A stretch of DNA of 64,000 nt from a virus. Lineage: Duplodnaviria; Heunggongvirae; Uroviricota; Caudoviricetes. Shown here one piece after another: positions 37,279 to 47,086 of this stretch (positions within the stretch are counted from its first letter, which is position 1; the number at the start of each line of letters is the position of its first letter). Both the position numbers and the translations under genes were made by a program. Where the stretch lies: the IMG/VR virus record IMGVR_UViG_2770939580_000003, positions 105,062-169,061 of that record; one strand, 5' to 3'. The notes below the pieces were generated by a model. It worked only from the letters and a program-made list of their open reading frames with translations. It had not been told where the DNA came from and made no database searches.

Positions 37279-37456
37279 CCTTATGTATCAACGATTTTTT
37301 ATGTTTTACTACATCAAAAATAATCAATTATGTACTTTCATTTTCCACGTTTTGGACGCAAAAAAATTCAAAAACCCTTATGTATCAACGGTTTCAAGCA
37401 TGTTATTACCTATTAAAAACCCTTATATAAAGGATTATTCCACGATTTGGACGCAA
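37279..37456. repeat. degenerate tandem repeat with about 95-97 bp period (candidate replication origin)
   Basis: CCTTATGTATCAACG at 37279 and 37376; TTCCACGWTTTGGACGCAA at 37343 and 37438; AAAACCCTTAT again at 37416. Confidence 0.7.
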
Positions 37457-37457
37457 G

Positions 37458-39011
37458 CTACACGTCAAAAGCCTGATATTTAGCCAAAATCCAGCATCTC
37501 TTGTTGTAATTTGGATTGATTTGACCGTCCTCCAATTTCCGTCTTCTGTCTTTGTTCGTTCTGTCATTATTATTTAAACTATAAGGTAAATCATTCTTCA
37601 AGAAGTACATGTTTAACTGATCACAATCCTTCTGTAGTCTGCCACGTCCATCTCTTAAATCAATTCTTTTGATTAATTCAGCTTGATCATCCTTGTATAA
37701 GCGCTTTCCTACAATACAATCCAGATAATCCGATATTGTAGCTTTGTTAACTGTATCATCTAATACACTATGATTCACTTGTCCTAGCTTATCTTTCATA
37801 TAGTTGATGTATCCTTCCTCTTTGTTAAGTAAGTTATTGTATAAATTTTGATCATAGCATTCTTTAAAGTATCTTATTTCATTTACTACCTTCTCATATC
37901 CAACCACGTTTTTTGCTGCTTTGTCGTAGATAAGAGGATTATTGCTTCTGCGATATTTTTTAATATACTCAGCAGATCCAGTTTCAAGTAAATATTTCGC
38001 TGGAACAATTGTACGTTCACACTGCACCATCTTCTTATTCATCATCTTGTTAGACATGTCTTTGATTATGATAGTAACCTTATCTCGACCATCTATAATG
38101 CGCTTTCTGCCTAAACATTGAATAAGAGTATCCACATCTTCAATATCAGCAATAACATATTTGATTTGTCTATCTTTGAGGTTAATACCATTATCCAATG
38201 TGGATGTAGTAAATAAGAATTTCTCTTCAAACATTTCATTAGCAAGCATGTGACTGATTTTTTCTTTGTCTATTTTCTTCCCTACACCAGATACTGTTTT
38301 CTCAGCACAAACAAAGAGTGAATCCTTAAACAACAAATGTAAGTCCGCTGCTCTAGTTGCTGACTTAGTAAAACAAATCACCTTCTGATTCTTAGGAATC
38401 GCATGTAGAAACTTTTCTAACACCTTATCGTTTCTATAGAAAATCAATTCCTTAATGTGACTATAATCATGAGGAACATTGTAACTTCTGTATTGGATAC
38501 CCTTATGCTTGAAGTATTCAATAGAAGAATCTGCTGTAGCTGACATAAAGATTTTAGTTTTGTTGGTATCAGCCAAAATCATATTGAACGAGTCTTCAGT
38601 ATTGAAATTAAACTTTGACTCCGTTAAGAAATAATGAAACTCATCAGATACAATATATTGATACTTGCTACTGAATACCCTACTCTTCTTGCGTAAAGCA
38701 CTCTCAATAGTTTGATAAAGAAAGATATCAATCGTATCTCCTTTATTATCTTGTTCAATCTCTCGTTGAAATTGTTCACTTAGTCGTGTTCGGTTAAGTA
38801 AGAATAATATCTTGGTTCCTTCACGTTTAGCCTTCTCATATAGAGTGTTCTTGATGAAGTATGACTTACCCACACCTGTACCAGCTTCAATCGTGATAAT
38901 CTCACCTTGCTGCCATTGTTCAACTTCATTGCCTATGATGTCTGTTACTGTGAGTCTCTTTTTGCGAGCAATAACTTTAGTCCTCCTTCCGTGATAAGTG
39001 ATATAAATCAT
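37458..39011 (-). CDS. SF2 DExH helicase-like protein, candidate origin-binding initiator
   Basis: EAGTGVGKS, VSDEFH, SAT, IQCLGR motifs; abuts the repeat array. Confidence 0.75.
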   Translation of the reverse strand: MIYITYHGRRTKVIARKKRLTVTDIIGNEVEQWQQGEIITIEAGTGVGKSYFIKNTLYEKAKREGTKILFLLNRTRLSEQFQREIEQDNKGDTIDIFLYQTIESALRKKSRVFSSKYQYIVSDEFHYFLTESKFNFNTEDSFNMILADTNKTKIFMSATADSSIEYFKHKGIQYRSYNVPHDYSHIKELIFYRNDKVLEKFLHAIPKNQKVICFTKSATRAADLHLLFKDSLFVCAEKTVSGVGKKIDKEKISHMLANEMFEEKFLFTTSTLDNGINLKDRQIKYVIADIEDVDTLIQCLGRKRIIDGRDKVTIIIKDMSNKMMNKKMVQCERTIVPAKYLLETGSAEYIKKYRRSNNPLIYDKAAKNVVGYEKVVNEIRYFKECYDQNLYNNLLNKEEGYINYMKDKLGQVNHSVLDDTVNKATISDYLDCIVGKRLYKDDQAELIKRIDLRDGRGRLQKDCDQLNMYFLKNDLPYSLNNNDRTNKDRRRKLEDGQINPNYNKRCWILAKYQAFDV

Positions 39012-39100
39012 ATATGTAAAACTCTATAACAGAGTGGAAGCGTATATTCTTTAATGAATATGTAATATGTTATTATTGTGTTAAATGACAAGGGAAAAGA

Positions 39101-39403
39101 CTATTCCCCTTTGACTATGCTTAACAACTTAACGGTGTACTCTTCTAGAAATATTCTAATTTGCTCCTGTGCTAAAACCTCATTTGAAATAGATCCATGT
39201 TTATATGCTTCCATTACACCCAGTAAATCATCAACTGTATATCCTACTGCATTATTGTATGCTTCAGTATTGTTAGGTGTAATGACATCGTTGATAATAG
39301 TTTGTTTAAGCTGCTTATCTTTGTTGTATAAGTTATCAAAGCTATTCATATGTAACTCCTCCTCATTAATTGTATTGGCTACTACATTGCCAAGTGTAAT
39401 CAT
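39101..39403 (-). CDS. hypothetical acidic protein
   Basis: co-oriented ORF. Confidence 0.6.
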   Translation of the reverse strand: MITLGNVVANTINEEELHMNSFDNLYNKDKQLKQTIINDVITPNNTEAYNNAVGYTVDDLLGVMEAYKHGSISNEVLAQEQIRIFLEEYTVKLLSIVKGE

Positions 39404-39472
39404 ACGTATTATACCCCATTCATATGTAAATGTAATTTGGATTGTTCGTGTGAATGAAACCAGTAGCCACAG

Positions 39473-39778
39473 TTAGAACACCGTGACTACCTTGATATAT
39501 GTATTGCTTATGATAAGACTGACAATGGTATGACGCTTATTGAACCCTTGAACCTTATACTTATATGCTTGCCTACCTTCATCCCATTCATGCGTTATAG
39601 TCTTTGGATGCTTAAGGATGAACAGTAAACGTTCAAAAGTGAAGTTTCTATCTGGTTGAGATAGTCGTTGTTCAGCATGTGATGATAATATGATATGTCT
39701 CTGTGATGCTAGTTGTGGTATAAGTGTTAGTAATGTATCAGTTGATAATGGTTCATGTATCATGATGTTCACCCCCAA
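39473..39778 (-). CDS. DUF4258-like (RelE/BrnT-fold) protein
   Basis: ILSSHAEQRL...R...YKY.VQG...VVTVF. Confidence 0.65.
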   Translation of the reverse strand: MGVNIMIHEPLSTDTLLTLIPQLASQRHIILSSHAEQRLSQPDRNFTFERLLFILKHPKTITHEWDEGRQAYKYKVQGFNKRHTIVSLIISNTYIKVVTVF

Positions 39779-39804
39779 TAGTGGATTGCTTATTCGATAA
39801 TCTA

Positions 39805-39846
39805 ATTATACCATTTAACTATATAAATTGAAAGTATTATCTTTGT
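39805..39846 (-). promoter_or_regulatory. sigmaA promoter with conserved upstream motif
   Basis: ACAAAGATAATAC-TTTCAA-17-TATAAT. Confidence 0.75.
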
Positions 39847-39850
39847 ATTT

Positions 39851-40735
39851 TTAATTGAGATGAGATTATGAAGTGGACAAGTGAAAAGTAAAATTGATAA
39901 TGGAAAATTGGATTCGAGATTCGGATTAGGAATTGCCGAGATTGAAATTTGGATGAGATTATACATATGACAAGTAAGACTGATAGCAGATAGATAGATG
40001 AGTATATGAGATGAGTAGGATAATATGTGGGTGATAAGTGGAACATTGTGATGAGAGATAGGCTAAGGTGAGAGTGATGAGATGAATGGATAAGTTATAG
40101 TGATAGTGATAGTGGAGATAGTTGATAGGTAATATAGTAGACAAATATCAATTAGATTATAATAAGTCATGATTTATGCAAACACTGTTACCCAGCGATT
40201 CAGATACCCCCATAGGGTATATAATAAGCGAGATGGAAATTTAGAATTTTTTTGAGTTTTCGAATATTTTTTTGAAAATTATATTGACAAATAGGCAGCA
40301 TACTAGATCAGTTGCAGATATGTTGGTGAGTGGTTCTATCAGTAATACAATGTATCTTATATACCTGATAGAACCATAGGTGGGGGGTACATTTACACCC
40401 AGAAAGTAATAATATCTGGAAAATAATCCGCTAGCACTTCTCTATGGGTCATCAAGTTATTTTGAATTACACATTTTCAGCCTAATTTTCATGCACTCTC
40501 AATCGTACTCCCAATCGTAAAACTATAGATTTATCAACGTTTTAATATGTTTACTGTCTATCATATTGGCTGAATATTAGTCCCCATTTGCCCTAAATAC
40601 TCATTTTCCCCTTATTCTATAAGCCTTTTACGATTCGAAGCATACATTTCAGCTATTATTATTCTTATTTTCCCTTGATACATATATGTTTTTGCGTTGA
40701 TTGTATATCAATCTACGATGCTATACTTTTAATAC
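39851..40735. other. about 0.9 kb non-coding region with extreme strand asymmetry
   Basis: 11 C in 290 nt at 39851-40140 (hand count), GATA/GATGAG-rich; G/C-run hairpins near 40204-40220 and 40381-40400. Confidence 0.7.
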
Positions 40736-40770
40736 AAAAAAGCCCACTGGACTCTTTCATCCAATGGGCT
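40736..40770 (-). terminator. intrinsic terminator of the recombinase-recD2 operon
   Basis: AGCCCA..TGGA/TCCA..TGGGCT stem followed by T5 on the minus strand. Confidence 0.7.
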
Positions 40771-40785
40771 CAATTTTTCATATAT

Positions 40786-43026
40786 TTAATTAATCTCTCT
40801 TAGCAGGTTGCACAGATGAGTATTGCGTCTCTTACTTTCTACTTTTCTGATGGCAAAATTTAGTGTCTCTGCCTGAGTTAAGAATATACACTTAGATACA
40901 CTTCTCGTTATTGCTGTATAAATCAAGTTGGCACTAATCTGAAACTTATTGGATCTATCCACTACTATTAATGTTGCTTCACTAGAACTTCCTTGACTCT
41001 TATGTATCGTTAATGCCCAAGCAGATAGTAATTGAGCTGCTAAACCTATGTCTAATCTAACCAGTTGATCATCAAACTGAATTATAATTCCTTTTCTTTC
41101 ACTCTCCGCTAATTCATCGTCGCTATTCTTTTTATCATCTTCCAGCTTTATATCGATCACTTTCCCTGAATCTCCATTTACTATATCTGTTCCTTCTTCA
41201 GACATGTTTGCTATCTGGTACATATTAACTGTATTAAGGATGTAGTCTCCAACTCTAATTAAACCATCATATCCATATTCATGTTGTTTCTTTGTTGAAT
41301 CAAATGGATTGACTTGCTCTTGTATGTGCTTATTTAATTCTACGGTTCCTAACTTCCCTTTCTTAGTTGGAGATAGTACCATAATATCTTCAGGCTTATA
41401 AGTATTCAACAACAAATTATAATAGTGTTTATATCCCTTTTCAATCTGTACCTGATCAACACAGTGCAGTAAAAAGTCATTTCCAAACAACTGCTTGCCT
41501 TCAAAGTCATTATTTACAATTTGTTTACCTTCTCTTATCTTAGTGGCAACATCAAGGATGCCTCCATCACCTTGTCTAAACACGATGTCCAATTTAGTCA
41601 TTGGAATTGCTCCGCTTACAATAGCATCGTGAAGAAAGTTTCCTGCCTGTACAGATAATAACTGAAAATCATCACCAACGAATAATATTCTTGTATTCGG
41701 ATTTTTAATCTTAGAGAGTAATGATGATAGTATAAATACATCGGTCATACCGGATTCATCAATAATCACAAAGTCTTCATGGATCTCTAACATCATCTCT
41801 TCTTCCTTATCCATACCAAAACCAATTCTTCTATGTATAGTTTGAGCATTTACTCCTGTGTAGGTACGAGTAACTTTCGCTGCTTTTGCAGATGGGGATA
41901 GTAATACATATGTGAGTCCTAATTTATTTAGCAAATCTACAAGGAACTTTTGAAGCTTACTTTTTCCTGTTCCTGCGTACCCAATAAGTAAGTTGACTGA
42001 ATATTTCTGAATACTTCTAAAGAAATCCTTTTGTTGATATGTAAGTCCTTTGGGTATATCTTCCTTATACGTTGCTTCAATCTCCAGAATGTACTTATCA
42101 GGATCAAAGTTTAGTGAAATTCCATTTTCCAACATTTCCGCTAATCGTTTCGCTATATACTTTTCAGCGTTGTAAGTTCTAGTAAGAGAAACTTTGTCAT
42201 CTACAAATACTAATCCATCTGTATCATATAGAAAATTCTCAATCATTACTTCAGCAAGTTCTAGTTTCTCAGAAGCGTTTCTCAGCAACTCATCTTTTAA
42301 CATATATGTGTGTCCTTGTTGTTGGTTGTCATCAATGGTGAATCTTATCCCATATTTGATTCTATGTGGATCATCTTTCTTGAAACCCATTAACTGTGCT
42401 ATCTTATCAGCTCTTTTAAATCCAAATCCAGATAATTGAGTAAGCTCATATGGGTTGTCTTCAATTTTCTGGATGGCTAATTCCTTTGATCCAAATGTTT
42501 TCTCAAGTTTTAAAATAATGTCATATGTTATGCCGTACTTTCCCAATCGACTCAATACATCTCTATAGGCTATATTCTCAAGAATTCTATCTCTTATCTT
42601 GTTATATGTCTTTGATCCAAACTGTTTAACTTTCTCATATTCAAATTTATTATCTACAATCAGCTTAACAATATCCTCGTTTGGATAGGTCTTATATACT
42701 TCCTTTAACTGTAGATCCGTCATAAGTGTCGCTAAAAACGCCTTCTGACCCTCCATTGTCTCAGGAACATCCTGATATATCGATAACACGTTATAACTTG
42801 CTCCATATTTTGCATCAACTTTTTCAAGTTCAATTTGAGCTTCATACTCCACACCTAATTCTAGTCGTTGCATGACCCCTTTAACGCTAAGATTCCCGTA
42901 TGAGTTTAAAAGCACATTTGGGCTATTTGTGTTACATGAGTATATCCTAAAATCATTTTTGTTATCTGCTTCTTTTCTTGGGAACATCATTTTCTCTGGT
43001 GTTAACTTCAATTCAATAATACTCAA
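40786..43026 (-). CDS. recD2: RecD2-like ATP-dependent SF1 helicase
   Basis: HhH repeats (GFGFKRADKIA), GYAGTGKS, IIDESGM, LVGDDFQL-like, TIHKSQGS, YTAITR. Confidence 0.9.
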   Translation of the reverse strand: MSIIELKLTPEKMMFPRKEADNKNDFRIYSCNTNSPNVLLNSYGNLSVKGVMQRLELGVEYEAQIELEKVDAKYGASYNVLSIYQDVPETMEGQKAFLATLMTDLQLKEVYKTYPNEDIVKLIVDNKFEYEKVKQFGSKTYNKIRDRILENIAYRDVLSRLGKYGITYDIILKLEKTFGSKELAIQKIEDNPYELTQLSGFGFKRADKIAQLMGFKKDDPHRIKYGIRFTIDDNQQQGHTYMLKDELLRNASEKLELAEVMIENFLYDTDGLVFVDDKVSLTRTYNAEKYIAKRLAEMLENGISLNFDPDKYILEIEATYKEDIPKGLTYQQKDFFRSIQKYSVNLLIGYAGTGKSKLQKFLVDLLNKLGLTYVLLSPSAKAAKVTRTYTGVNAQTIHRRIGFGMDKEEEMMLEIHEDFVIIDESGMTDVFILSSLLSKIKNPNTRILFVGDDFQLLSVQAGNFLHDAIVSGAIPMTKLDIVFRQGDGGILDVATKIREGKQIVNNDFEGKQLFGNDFLLHCVDQVQIEKGYKHYYNLLLNTYKPEDIMVLSPTKKGKLGTVELNKHIQEQVNPFDSTKKQHEYGYDGLIRVGDYILNTVNMYQIANMSEEGTDIVNGDSGKVIDIKLEDDKKNSDDELAESERKGIIIQFDDQLVRLDIGLAAQLLSAWALTIHKSQGSSSEATLIVVDRSNKFQISANLIYTAITRSVSKCIFLTQAETLNFAIRKVESKRRNTHLCNLLREIN

Positions 43027-44120
43027 TTACTCATCTCTCCTTTATTTTGAATGAACTCTTGTGCCTCTCTTTTTATTTGGGACAATGTTCCATGATTTTG
43101 TTTCATAATCAAATCAATGAGTTCTTGCTTAGTAAGTTGCTCAAGAACAGAGTCATCAATTTTATCCTCTATTCTCAAACTTATACTGTTTGAATAGTCT
43201 TCGTTTATATGGCGGTAGTAAGTCTCAGTCGTAGAGATATTTGAGTGATTAAGATGTTTCTTTGCCTCTTCTAAAGTACCAAAGCTCGCAGCCACGTTTC
43301 TGAAACTGTGAAACTTGACATTTCTATCAGAAGAGATATTCATTTTTTCTTTCAACTTGTTCATCATTGTCTGTATAGTATTGTTGGATAAATGAAATAT
43401 CTTATTGTCCTTGTATTTGTGATAGTATTTCTGGTCTTTGATTTTCAAGAGTTCATTGTACAGATCAACCGATATCGGCATTGTATGTCTTTTATTTCCC
43501 TTCCCTATAGTTGTAACTAAATAGTTTTCTGCATTAGGATTCTTTTTTATGTCATCCCACTCTAGCGACAAAATCGAACTTTTTCTAAAACTAGTAGTGT
43601 AAGCAGTTCTAATTAGAGCAGATTTTTCTTGTCCTTGTTTTCTGTCATCATGAACAATTCTAGCCATTTCTTCTGCTTCATTCAGATATAGTGGGCCAGT
43701 GTGTTCTGAATCATCAGAAAGCATATCGACTTTTACATGCTTCGAGTTGATGGGATACTCGTTTATCTCCAGAAACTCATATAAACTTTGGATCGGAGCT
43801 ATGTAATTGTTTATGGTGATATTGGTGTACTCAGCTTCATGATCTTTTAGATGCTTTTGATATCGAATCATATCCGCATTGCGAACTTTCAAATCATCAA
43901 CGGTCAAATATTCTATGTCTTTGTTGACATTGTGCAACCATAAAAAGAAATTTCGAATACTCCTCTCATAGTTTTTTTGTGTGTGTTTGCTCTCGAACTT
44001 GCCTATGAAAGTCATAATGTCTTCATAAACTCTTCTACTATACAACTGAATTACATTTGCTTCGCTTTTCATAAAGCATTCCTCCTTCGACCTCTTGATT
44101 TCATTATATATGATAAGCAT
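43023..44120 (-). CDS. tyrosine recombinase/integrase family protein (likely start 44072; possibly SroD/YopP-like)
   Basis: complete R (SFRK), K (GKGNK), HxxR (HSFR), H (LNH), Y (TETYY) set. Confidence 0.85.
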   Translation of the reverse strand: MLIIYNEIKRSKEECFMKSEANVIQLYSRRVYEDIMTFIGKFESKHTQKNYERSIRNFFLWLHNVNKDIEYLTVDDLKVRNADMIRYQKHLKDHEAEYTNITINNYIAPIQSLYEFLEINEYPINSKHVKVDMLSDDSEHTGPLYLNEAEEMARIVHDDRKQGQEKSALIRTAYTTSFRKSSILSLEWDDIKKNPNAENYLVTTIGKGNKRHTMPISVDLYNELLKIKDQKYYHKYKDNKIFHLSNNTIQTMMNKLKEKMNISSDRNVKFHSFRNVAASFGTLEEAKKHLNHSNISTTETYYRHINEDYSNSISLRIEDKIDDSVLEQLTKQELIDLIMKQNHGTLSQIKREAQEFIQNKGEMSN

Positions 44121-44169
44121 TTAAAACACAACGATAATACTTGACAAAGTTTAAATATAAACTTATATT
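44103..44169. promoter_or_regulatory. back-to-back promoters for yonO (+) and recombinase (-) sharing the conserved motif
   Basis: plus: ACAACGATAATAC-TTGACA-17-TATATT; minus: TTGTGT-17-TATAAT. Confidence 0.75.
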
Positions 44170-44228
44170 GTATCTACGGACATCAAATCCGAATAAACGA
44201 AGGCTACTAAGCCGAAAGGGAAGACTTA

Positions 44229-44429
44229 ATGAGAAAAGGAAAACAGGGAAATCATTCAACTATCACGTGGGAGGATCGATACTACGATGGATACGGCGAT
44301 GACTGGGATTATTATGATGAAAGAATGGTATCAGAGTATATGAAACAAGGAATTGATGATTGTATCGAATACATAGAAGTGGCAGTAGATCAAGAAGTCT
44401 TGTGGTTGAAAAACAATACACATAGATAA
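44229..44429 (+). CDS. small acidic hypothetical protein
   Basis: ORF with AAAGGGA RBS, first gene of the yonO operon. Confidence 0.6.
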   Translation: MRKGKQGNHSTITWEDRYYDGYGDDWDYYDERMVSEYMKQGIDDCIEYIEVAVDQEVLWLKNNTHR

Positions 44430-44468
44430 TACATATTATAAAATAAAAAATCAGCAAAGGGTGTTTGA

Positions 44469-47045
44469 ATGGCATTGGATAAGCAAGTCTACATATATAG
44501 CGTTGACACAAGCGCTTTCTTCACAAGAAAGGAAAGCTTACTTCGTAAAGAAATCAACAAAGCAAAATTAAAAAAAGAAACAGAGAAAGTTAAAGAGCTT
44601 GATAAGAGTTTTCGTAATATCATCGATTCTAATGTACATTTAAAACGTAAACTTAATCCAAATAGTTTATCCATAGCCAATAAAGTCTCATTATTTGAGT
44701 CCTCACTCACAAGAACGCTGGGACTTAAAGAAAACAATACATACGAAGATGTAATTATTGTAGAGACACACTACTACAGCATCTTTGACAGTCTCATTGA
44801 GAACGGCTTTACTCTTAATGATGAAGAGTATGTACCATTTACAGCTTCAGCAGGACAAATTAGAACTAAAAAAACCGTATTTATGAAAAAAAACACTTGG
44901 GATGAGGTTAAGCAAACTCTGATGTGTGGTCTCTCAGAGGACAGAATTAACAATCATTACGATATTAGCAAGAATGATAAAAGACTATACGGTGTAAGTA
45001 TAAATAAATACTTGGCATATTTAGCGCTATGCTCAAGCGCAACTGACTTATGGGAAGGATTCAACATAGATCGTTCAATTGTTGTAGATGATTTCGAAAC
45101 TTCGATCAATACAACAGTTGATTATGTAGATGATGTCACCTACACAGTTAGTCGCAGAAAAATGGATGTACCCATAAATCATACCGATGGTTGCGGAATG
45201 ATTTTACCGAAGAAAAGTAAAAAAGCATTCATGGTTCGCCTACCATGGGTTAAAGGATTGCTAGTCCCATTCCCCTTCAATAAATTCGTCGATGAGAAGA
45301 ATAGGTTCTTGATAGACATTTATGGTAAGAAACACGATGTAATTAAAGAAAAAATAGAGGTTATTTTTACCAAGAGTCAATTTAAGATGTGGAAGTATTA
45401 TCAAAGCTGGGATGAATATAAGTCTCTATATAAGCAACACAATTGTCATGCAAGCTTAACCAATACAGAAGAGGATGAATTAAGCTCAGCGCGACTTTGC
45501 TATCAAATGTTGCAAACTCTGACCCTTATCTCCGAAGAAGAATTAGATAAATTAGTATCAGTTACGCGTAATGAAATTCAAGAAACGGTCAGCAATCCAG
45601 AGGAAATGCTCAACTTATTGGGGGCAACTAAGGGAAAGTTTGAAGATAAAAACAATTTACAACAATCATTATACATATATCCTGAACTTTTATTGGACCC
45701 ACATGTAAAAAACAAACTTAAGGAAGCAAAAGCTAGTTTGATGAGGAAGGTGTATACAGGAAAAGTTAAGGTCGATGGTTGTTACACTTTTATCGCTCCA
45801 GACTTGTATGCTTTTTGTGAGTATTTATTTGAGGGAAATAGCAATCCAATGGGTATCTTGAAGAATGGAGAAGTGTCATGCGTTGCAATTCAGAATGGCG
45901 AGAAAGTTGATTGTTTGCGGAGCCCTCATCTTTATAAGGAGCATGCTGTTAGATTAAATGTTAAAAATGATCAAACTCAAGAATGGTTCATTAGCAAAAG
46001 CGTTCATACCTCTATTCACGATCCCATCAGTAAAATACTTATGTTTGATTGTGATGGTGATAAGGTAACAGTAAGCAATGATAATACATTAGTAAGTGTT
46101 GCCGAAAGGAATATGGCAGACGTTGTACCTCTGTACTATGACATGAAAAAAGCGCCAGCAGAAAAAATCAACAGAAATAGCATAAAGCAGAATCTAAAAA
46201 GAGCCTTTAGTGGCAACATTGGTATCATTAGTAATGATATAACGAAACTCTGGAATAGCGATTCCGTAGATATTGATCTTGTTAAAATTAGAACGATGGA
46301 AAATAACTTTGAAATTGACGCTGCTAAGACAAACTATAAGCCAGTTCGACCAAAGCATATCAAGCAATTATTTAAACCATTCAATAAAATGAAAATGCCA
46401 CACTTCTTTTCTTATGAAAAATACAGACTCAAACCACAGGACAGAAAAAACAAGAAATCTAAGCGAACCACTGAGCCTTGGACTAACACTACAACAGTTA
46501 ACAGACTTAAAGGGATGTTTCCAGATGTCCGTATTAGATTTAAAACAGTGTCCGACAAGTATGAGTTCGACTATAAGAACATGATACACCAAGAAAGAAC
46601 AAAGGATGATTTATACTACACCATACTAGATAAGTATAAAGAGTTAAATGATATTAAGTGGATGCTGTCTTCTAGAAATAAAAGTAGTGACATTAACAAT
46701 GCCGACCACCTCCCTGTTTATAGCTACATAAGAAATGAGCTTTTGAAAATACATAATGATCCATACTATATTGCAGATGTAATTATTGAATATCTCTATA
46801 GTGGATCAAACACAGGATATAAAACAACTCTTTGGTCTAGTTTCGGAGACATAATTGTCGATAATCTTAAAAAAAATCTTGAGTCTAGGATAAAAACATG
46901 TGAAAGATGCAATACAGTTTTTTCAAATGTACGAGACAAGAGCACAAACTCTAGGAAGTATTGTGATTCATGCTCTTTGGATGTAAGAAAAGATAAAGTT
47001 AGAGAAAATGTGAAAAATTTAAGAAATAAGAAGAATATCATATAA
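44469..47045 (+). CDS. yonO: YonO-type single-subunit double-psi-barrel RNA polymerase
   Basis: catalytic FDCDGD; TDGCGM, RLPWVKG, LRSPHL motifs; C-terminal CxxC..CxxC. Confidence 0.92.
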   Translation: MALDKQVYIYSVDTSAFFTRKESLLRKEINKAKLKKETEKVKELDKSFRNIIDSNVHLKRKLNPNSLSIANKVSLFESSLTRTLGLKENNTYEDVIIVETHYYSIFDSLIENGFTLNDEEYVPFTASAGQIRTKKTVFMKKNTWDEVKQTLMCGLSEDRINNHYDISKNDKRLYGVSINKYLAYLALCSSATDLWEGFNIDRSIVVDDFETSINTTVDYVDDVTYTVSRRKMDVPINHTDGCGMILPKKSKKAFMVRLPWVKGLLVPFPFNKFVDEKNRFLIDIYGKKHDVIKEKIEVIFTKSQFKMWKYYQSWDEYKSLYKQHNCHASLTNTEEDELSSARLCYQMLQTLTLISEEELDKLVSVTRNEIQETVSNPEEMLNLLGATKGKFEDKNNLQQSLYIYPELLLDPHVKNKLKEAKASLMRKVYTGKVKVDGCYTFIAPDLYAFCEYLFEGNSNPMGILKNGEVSCVAIQNGEKVDCLRSPHLYKEHAVRLNVKNDQTQEWFISKSVHTSIHDPISKILMFDCDGDKVTVSNDNTLVSVAERNMADVVPLYYDMKKAPAEKINRNSIKQNLKRAFSGNIGIISNDITKLWNSDSVDIDLVKIRTMENNFEIDAAKTNYKPVRPKHIKQLFKPFNKMKMPHFFSYEKYRLKPQDRKNKKSKRTTEPWTNTTTVNRLKGMFPDVRIRFKTVSDKYEFDYKNMIHQERTKDDLYYTILDKYKELNDIKWMLSSRNKSSDINNADHLPVYSYIRNELLKIHNDPYYIADVIIEYLYSGSNTGYKTTLWSSFGDIIVDNLKKNLESRIKTCERCNTVFSNVRDKSTNSRKYCDSCSLDVRKDKVRENVKNLRNKKNII

Positions 47046-47086
47046 TTATTTTTGTGTAATCATTTCAAAGAACCACTATTTCTGAC

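Noticed and set aside
37279-37456. CRISPR mini-array
   Set aside because: Only two degenerate units with two interleaved repeat types, and no cas genes.
37175-37483. Plus-strand 102-aa ORF
   Set aside because: It runs through the repeat array, has no RBS and is better explained as non-coding origin-like DNA.
39837-40144. Minus-strand ORFs in the C-poor region
   Set aside because: His/Tyr/Ile/Ser low-complexity translations are a by-product of the base bias.
7868-40405. Exact 15-bp inverted match TTTCTGGGTGTAAAT (7868-7882 and 40391-40405)
   Set aside because: A few 15-mer matches are expected by chance in 64 kb of AT-rich DNA, and there is no shared context.
43023-44120. attP site or invertible segment next to the recombinase
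   Set aside because: No flanking inverted repeats or tRNA-like core were found by eye.
44177-44220. Structured RNA leader of the yonO operon
   Set aside because: The stems are only 4 bp (CGGA/TCCG, GGCT/AGCC); too weak without covariation data.
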